NCBI GenBank assembly: GCA_044229975.1
Contig: JBGARZ010000032.1
Location: 1 to 39,807 of the forward strand
Origin: Polyangiales bacterium
Lineage (GTDB): Bacteria; Myxococcota_A; Polyangia; Polyangiales; Ga0077539
Direction of reading: 5' to 3'
DNA: 39,807 bases
Below are positions 35,284 through 39,807 of this stretch, one piece after another. Position 1 is the first letter of the stretch; every line of letters begins with the position of its first letter. The notes beneath the pieces were generated by a model. The model had not been told where the DNA came from, did no database searches, and saw only the letters and a program-made list of their open reading frames with translations. Made by a program: the position numbers and the translations under genes.

Positions 35284-37243
35284 AGGCCCGGACCCGGTCA
35301 AGCTGCGGCTGCAGGAGGTCGACCTGGGCCCTCATGGCGAGGAGCTTCGTGACCCTCCGGTCCACGTCTTCGCGCCGCTCGGTGAGGTCGCGCAGAGCGG
35401 CCTCCACCTGCCCCTGGACCTCCTCCATCATCAGCCGGAGTTCGCCATCGACCTTGTCGCGCAGGTCGTCGAACTTGGCATGGACGTCGGCCCGGAGTCG
35501 GCCCTCCACCGCCGACGAGGACTTCAGGAGTTCCTCGCGGAAACCCTTCAAGAAGCGCCCTTTCACCTCCCGCGCCATCGATCCACCCTGGGCGGCTGTC
35601 AGACCGAGGCCGGAGACCAAGCTGAGAACGATCGCGCCGATCGGGTTGAGGCCCAGCGCGAGCGCCCCGATGAGGAGCGTCAGGTGCAAGCCCATGCCGC
35701 CGAGCATGCGCTTGAAGCCCATGGCGCCTCCCATCACGGCCCCGCCGACCCCGCCCAGCGCGAGGCCACCGGCGGCCGCGAGCACGCGGCCGAAGATGCT
35801 CTCGTCGGCCTCTTGCACCTTGACGGCAGGCACGCCGCCGACGATCGAGTCGCGGAGTCCCTCCAGCTCACGAACGTACTCCGCCACGCCTTCGTGCAAG
35901 TAGTCCTCGAGGCCCTGCACGGTGCGCTCGACGGTGGGCGACACGGTCCCCTTGCTCCATCCCTGCAGGAGCTCGCCGAAGGCGTCGGAGAGCGTCGACT
36001 GCAGGCGCTCGCCGAGCTCCTGCTTGCTCCAGAGGATGTCCCAGAAGCCGACGTCCTCCTTCTCGACGGCGGCTTCCAAGGCGGGGCCAACCCCGGCCAG
36101 GAATCCGCGGTAGCTCTCGACGAGGCGGTCGGCGAGGTCGTCCCGGGTCCGCTCGATCCTGCGACGGATCTTCTCTCGGTCCCGCGCGAGCTTCTCCAGC
36201 CGCGGGCGCGCGGCGTCGTAGCGCTGCTGGAGTGGAGCGACGTCCGCCTGCAAGAGGAGGCTCCGGCGTTCGATCGCGGGACCCAGCTCGCGGAGTGCCC
36301 CGGCCGCCGCGCTCAGGGGGTTCCGCAGCTTCAGCGCGCCGCGCTCCGAGGTGAGGAACGACTCGAGAGCGCGCTCGAAGGTGGGGAGCCCCGACCGCTC
36401 GACGAGCGCGGGGTTGTTGCTGTGCCGTCCCCTCAGCGCCTCGAGCGCCGACACGTAGAACACCCTCGACCCGCCGCCGACCGCGGGTTCCAGGAACCTC
36501 CGAGAGCGCTCGCGAATGTCGCGGTCGTCCTCCTCGCTGTCGCGGACGGCCTCGTAGCGGTTCCAGACCACGAAGACGTTGCGCGAGTCATGGCCGTGCT
36601 GGGCAAGGGTGTCAGCGACGAAGCTTTGCTCGGTGCTGCTGAGCGCCTGCTCGCAGTTCAGCACGAGCAGCAGCGCGTCGGCCTCGGTGAGGAAACGCAG
36701 CGAGACGTCGGTGCGGGTCTCGTGCTCGTTGAGCCCGGGGGAGTCCGTGAGGGTGACGCCGTTGCGGCAGAGGGCGAGCTGCGCGTCGACCTCCATTCGG
36801 GAGTACTCCCCGCTGCGCACGGCGCCGCGCTCTGTGCCGCCGTCGTCGATCACCACGTAGTTCCGCAGCTCGGCGGCGGGAACCTCCTTGGGAGGCCGCT
36901 GCGGATCCTGGTAGTAGAGCCTCGCGACCTCGCGCTCGCCGTAGTGGACCTTGGTGATGACCGCGGTGCAGGGCGCGACCTTCGCGGGCAGGAGCTGCTT
37001 GCCAAGCATCGCGTTGATGAGCGTGCTCTTGCCACGCTTGAACTCGCCCACGACCATGAGGTTGAACTCATCTTGCTGGAGGTGGTCGGCCATCCTGCGC
37101 AGCTTGTCCCCGCGCGAGGCGCTGTCGTCCCCGCCGATGCCAGGCCCGACCTCATCCCAGACAGAAGCCATGCGCCGCAACGCGTCGCCAAGCAACTCCG
37201 AGACGCTGCGGAAGTCCGCGTAAGAATGCTGCTGGTTCGTCAT
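35270..37243 (-). CDS. Bacterial dynamin-like GTPase 1
   Basis: VVGEFKRGKST, PCTA, DSPG, G4 variant NRYE, FYVSA; Gly-rich hydrophobic paddle. ATG 37243 after a purine-rich RBS. Confidence 0.9.
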   Translation of the reverse strand: MTNQQHSYADFRSVSELLGDALRRMASVWDEVGPGIGGDDSASRGDKLRRMADHLQQDEFNLMVVGEFKRGKSTLINAMLGKQLLPAKVAPCTAVITKVHYGEREVARLYYQDPQRPPKEVPAAELRNYVVIDDGGTERGAVRSGEYSRMEVDAQLALCRNGVTLTDSPGLNEHETRTDVSLRFLTEADALLLVLNCEQALSSTEQSFVADTLAQHGHDSRNVFVVWNRYEAVRDSEEDDRDIRERSRRFLEPAVGGGSRVFYVSALEALRGRHSNNPALVERSGLPTFERALESFLTSERGALKLRNPLSAAAGALRELGPAIERRSLLLQADVAPLQQRYDAARPRLEKLARDREKIRRRIERTRDDLADRLVESYRGFLAGVGPALEAAVEKEDVGFWDILWSKQELGERLQSTLSDAFGELLQGWSKGTVSPTVERTVQGLEDYLHEGVAEYVRELEGLRDSIVGGVPAVKVQEADESIFGRVLAAAGGLALGGVGGAVMGGAMGFKRMLGGMGLHLTLLIGALALGLNPIGAIVLSLVSGLGLTAAQGGSMAREVKGRFLKGFREELLKSSSAVEGRLRADVHAKFDDLRDKVDGELRLMMEEVQGQVEAALRDLTERREDVDRRVTKLLAMRAQVDLLQPQLDRVRAYGGS

Positions 37244-37492
37244 GCCCTTCCCATCCCTCTTAGACACTGGTGGCACGGGGAAGCGTTCGCCGTGCGTCCC
37301 CCGTGTCGTGCGCATGCTCGCTTGCTGCCCTCCGGTCACGTCCCGCCGCGAGCCCTACTTTCTAGTGTCCGGGACTATATGTCAGCGTCGGCGTGCCGTC
37401 AGAGGAAAGACCGCTTGGCTTCAAGACGCGCGGCTACTTCACGTCACGAACGGTCGTGACGTCTCTCGGCGGCGATCCCCTGCATGCGCGGC

Positions 37493-37747
37493 CTACTGTC
37501 GGCGACCCAAGAGTCGCGAAAGAGCTTCCAGAGCGACCTGTGCCGCATCCACGTCGCCTGCTGTGCTCGCGTCCCTCACGGCGTCCGTCAGCGAGCCGAT
37601 GAGCGTTCCTCTTGGGTCTGTCGCCGCAGCGGGCCGAGCAGTCCCCTGCACTTTCGGGACGGTGATCGGCTTCATCAGCGGCACGGGTCGTGGAGGTCGA
37701 GCAGCAGCAGGTCGCGCCTGCACGAGCAGGATGGCCTGCTCGGTCAC
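37493..37747 (-). CDS. Small hypothetical protein next to att site
   Basis: GTG overlaps the integrase TGA; amphipathic C-terminal helices. May not be coding. Confidence 0.3.
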   Translation of the reverse strand: MTEQAILLVQARPAAARPPRPVPLMKPITVPKVQGTARPAAATDPRGTLIGSLTDAVRDASTAGDVDAAQVALEALSRLLGRRQ

Positions 37748-39141
37748 GGCTGTTTTCCCGCGCTTTCCGACGTTCCGAGCAGGCTGTGACGTATCTGTGA
37801 CGGCACCCTTCGGGCGACCCCGATTCGCCTTGGATTCAAGCCCCGCGCTCGCATCCCTATGCGGCTTGAAAATCCCCGTGTCGGCAGTTCGACTCTGTCT
37901 CTGGGCACTAAATCACCGGTGAATTGCGACTCCAGGGGGTCCAGGGAGTCCAGGGAATCCACGCCAGAGCGCGGAGTCTGTCCCAAATGTGTCCCACGGG
38001 GTTCGGGCTGCTGAAGGCGGTGCTCGGGCCGGACGTGGGCCGTCGCCTGGGTCAGAAGCTCCTCGTCGTCGAGCCGTCCGTAGACCCGCTCGACCATGCG
38101 TGAGTCGCGGTGGCCCATCATCCGCGCGACGTGCGCGTGGGGGAGGCCGACGTCGAGGTGGTGGTGCGCGAAGGAGCGGCGCAGATCGTTGGGCGAGCAC
38201 GGGGCGATCGCCGCCTTCTCGCACTTGTCGCGCGTGCATGAGGAGCGGCGCGTGGCGTCCGCCTCCTTGACGCATCCCGTCCGCAGGCAGCCGACGCGTC
38301 GGCAGGCGTCGTGAAGGTCGCGACGGACGTTGCCCCACGCACTGAAGAGCAGCCCGTCGACCCCGTCAGCGTTCTTGCGGGCGAAGTCCAACATCGTGCT
38401 CTGGGCCTGCGTGAGTACGGGGACCTTGCGCCAGCGCCGCGGGTTCTTGGTGCCCCTCAGTGCGACCGCATCGTTCCCCGTGCCCAGATCCTCCCGCCGC
38501 GCCCGAACGACGCAGCCCCACTCGGCGGACGTCGCGACGATGAACGCCACGACGGCGGCGCGGTGCCTGGGCAGGACCTTCATCAAGAGGTCGACTTCTT
38601 CGCGCGGGAGCCAGCGCTCCACGGGCTCGTACGCGGGGCTGAACCGCGTGGGCAGAACCTTCGCGAGGTCCCCGTCCCAGAGGCCGTGACGCTTCGCTAG
38701 CTTGAGTGCCTTCCGCAGGACCGTCAGCTCCTTGTGGATGGTCCCGTCGCCAACCCCCTCTTCCCGGCGGGTGGCGATGTACCGGTCAACCCGCCGTGCG
38801 TCGACCTCGGCGAGCGGCAGCGGGGCGTGACCGACCTGCGCGTTGGTCTCCAGCAGGCGCACCCAGTGGCCGGCCTTCACTTTGTAACAGTCGACCGTGT
38901 CGTCGCTGCGTCGGCCTGCCTTGGCGTGGGCCTCCTCTGCGTCGAGCATCGTCTTCAGGGCTTCTCCGAGGGACGCGGCTTTCTTGGCTGCGTGATCCGG
39001 ATCGGCGGCGTCCCGCTCCCACTCGCGGGCGCGGGCTTCCGCCGCGCGGCGGTCGGTGCACTGGGTCGTGCGCTTGATGCGCCGCCCCTGGTTGTCGAAG
39101 AACCAGCAGTACCAGACGTCGCCGCGCTTGAAGAACCGCAT
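37744..39141 (-). CDS. int: Tyrosine recombinase/phage integrase; the att core lies within its 3' end
   Basis: N-terminal arm-binding-like domain, GTIHKELTVLR, GTKN, PNDLRRSFA, MMGH, VERVY. GGAGG before the ATG. Confidence 0.9.
   Translation of the reverse strand: MRFFKRGDVWYCWFFDNQGRRIKRTTQCTDRRAAEARAREWERDAADPDHAAKKAASLGEALKTMLDAEEAHAKAGRRSDDTVDCYKVKAGHWVRLLETNAQVGHAPLPLAEVDARRVDRYIATRREEGVGDGTIHKELTVLRKALKLAKRHGLWDGDLAKVLPTRFSPAYEPVERWLPREEVDLLMKVLPRHRAAVVAFIVATSAEWGCVVRARREDLGTGNDAVALRGTKNPRRWRKVPVLTQAQSTMLDFARKNADGVDGLLFSAWGNVRRDLHDACRRVGCLRTGCVKEADATRRSSCTRDKCEKAAIAPCSPNDLRRSFAHHHLDVGLPHAHVARMMGHRDSRMVERVYGRLDDEELLTQATAHVRPEHRLQQPEPRGTHLGQTPRSGVDSLDSLDPLESQFTGDLVPRDRVELPTRGFSSRIGMRARGLNPRRIGVARRVPSQIRHSLLGTSESAGKQP
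37784..37802. repeat. Direct repeat CTGTGACG x2 (11-bp period), candidate arm-type site left of att core
   Basis: CTGTGACG-tat-CTGTGACG. Confidence 0.5.
37866..37910 (+). mobile_element. att site: 3' half of a tRNA-Phe(GAA)
   Basis: TTGAAAATCCCCGTGTC GGCAG TTCGACT CTGTC TCTGGGC A: anticodon loop, T-arm and 3' acceptor strand. The 5' half is absent. Confidence 0.88.
37931..37962. repeat. 9-bp tandem repeat TCCAGGGRR, about 3.5 copies, beside the att core
   Basis: TCCAGGGGG TCCAGGGAG TCCAGGGAA TCCAC. Confidence 0.7.
37979..37996. repeat. Direct repeat TGTCCCA x2 (11-bp period), candidate arm-type site right of att core
   Basis: TGTCCCA-aatg-TGTCCCA. Confidence 0.55.
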
Positions 39142-39329
39142 CCAAAAACCTCCTGAACGTACGACTCCCAGACCTCAATCGGAACGCGAAGCAGACCGCG
39201 CACGCCGGGCCCTCGCCCTGCCGCGCGGCGCAAATGGAAGTAGGCCAACGAACTCGAGCATCCCAGCGCCTGCATGACCTCCACCGACCCGACGTAGATC
39301 GTCAGCGCGATGCTGCGCGGCGCCGTCAC
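38955..39329 (-). CDS. Excisionase-like HTH protein overlapping the integrase start
   Basis: VEVMQALGCSSSLAY helix-turn-helix, then LRVPIEVWESY. Lies directly upstream of int; GTGA-coupled to the upstream ORF. Confidence 0.6.
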   Translation of the reverse strand: MTAPRSIALTIYVGSVEVMQALGCSSSLAYFHLRRAAGRGPGVRGLLRVPIEVWESYVQEVFGCGSSSAATSGTAGSSTTRGGASSARPSAPTAARRKPAPASGSGTPPIRITQPRKPRPSEKP

Positions 39330-39589
39330 GAGGACCTCGCAGTGGTGGTCGTGTGCCTGCCTGCGATCGACGACTCGTCCACTGGTCGAGAAGGCTGACG
39401 TTCAGGGCCATCGCTGCCCGCGCCGTCATCGCCTTCTTCGCCTGCGGTGACCCGCCGCGGAGTCGCCTTTCGCCGAGGCGTACGTGCCCGCGGTCGGCCC
39501 GTGGCGGAAGGCTTGCCGGGTGCCTTCTTGGCCTTCGTCGCACGCAGTGTGAGCACCTTCGCGCGCTTCGGCTTCTTGCTCGCGGACAT
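39326..39589 (-). CDS. Small Lys/Arg-rich hypothetical protein
   Basis: MSASKKPKRAKVLTLRATKAKKAPGK from ATG 39589; its stop overlaps the xis-like start. Confidence 0.45.
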   Translation of the reverse strand: MSASKKPKRAKVLTLRATKAKKAPGKPSATGRPRARTPRRKATPRRVTAGEEGDDGAGSDGPERQPSRPVDESSIAGRHTTTTARSS

Positions 39590-39807
39590 GGTCGGCGGAA
39601 ACGGCTGTGAGACGCCCGAGGCCACGACCCTGATCCGCGAGGCGTCGGGAAAACCAGCGAGTGCAAGGTAAGCGCTGCACGAGCCCGCGTTCTTCCGTTG
39701 TCGATTCGTCGGAGGCAGGGTTCGCGGTATGGCGATTGTCTCTTCCAGAAAGATGTCCGGTTCGGTTCCTTCCACGGTGCAGCGATGGCGAGAGCGGGTG
39801 GACGCAT

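Noticed and set aside
37830..37910. Complete tRNA-Phe gene
   Set aside because: No 5' acceptor strand, D-arm or 5' anticodon stem; only the 3' half is present.
1..39807. CRISPR array, cas genes, CBASS cyclase or retron RT as the upstream signal for the Lon protease
   Set aside because: No repeat-spacer array or such motifs were seen. The Cas4-like cysteines belong to the UvrD fusion. Such genes could still lie outside the window.

Overview
Very GC-rich bacterial DNA (by gene content probably Myxococcota; this is inference) forming a dense anti-phage/conflict island that ends at an integration junction. From left to right: a HEPN-like/Ser-Thr kinase/dynamin-like GTPase fusion and a SNF2 helicase; a coupled operon of GreA-like factor, CMPK2-like kinase, MoaA-like radical SAM enzyme and a second P-loop kinase; a HEPN-like/TM/extracytoplasmic protein; a UvrD-PD-(D/E)xK helicase-nuclease; a minus-strand module of DUF3800-like protein, ECF sigma factor, unknown protein, ATPase-less Lon protease-TPR and HEPN-STAND NTPase; an MrfA-like helicase; a Macro-HEPN protein; a PNP-fold fusion; DUF697; a dynamin pair with a membrane protein; then a tRNA-Phe 3' half lying inside a tyrosine integrase gene. 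The strongest non-obvious signal is one ECF-type promoter, (T/A)GTCAG-N17-CGTC, found five times with identical spacing and in the sense orientation upstream of five transcription units. Together with the sigma/Lon/STAND module this suggests an undescribed protease-gated, sigma-controlled defence regulon that includes a viperin-like nucleotide-modifying operon. All family calls come from motifs read by eye; no database searches were run. Many starts were moved from the ORF track to ones supported by an RBS or a stop/start overlap.
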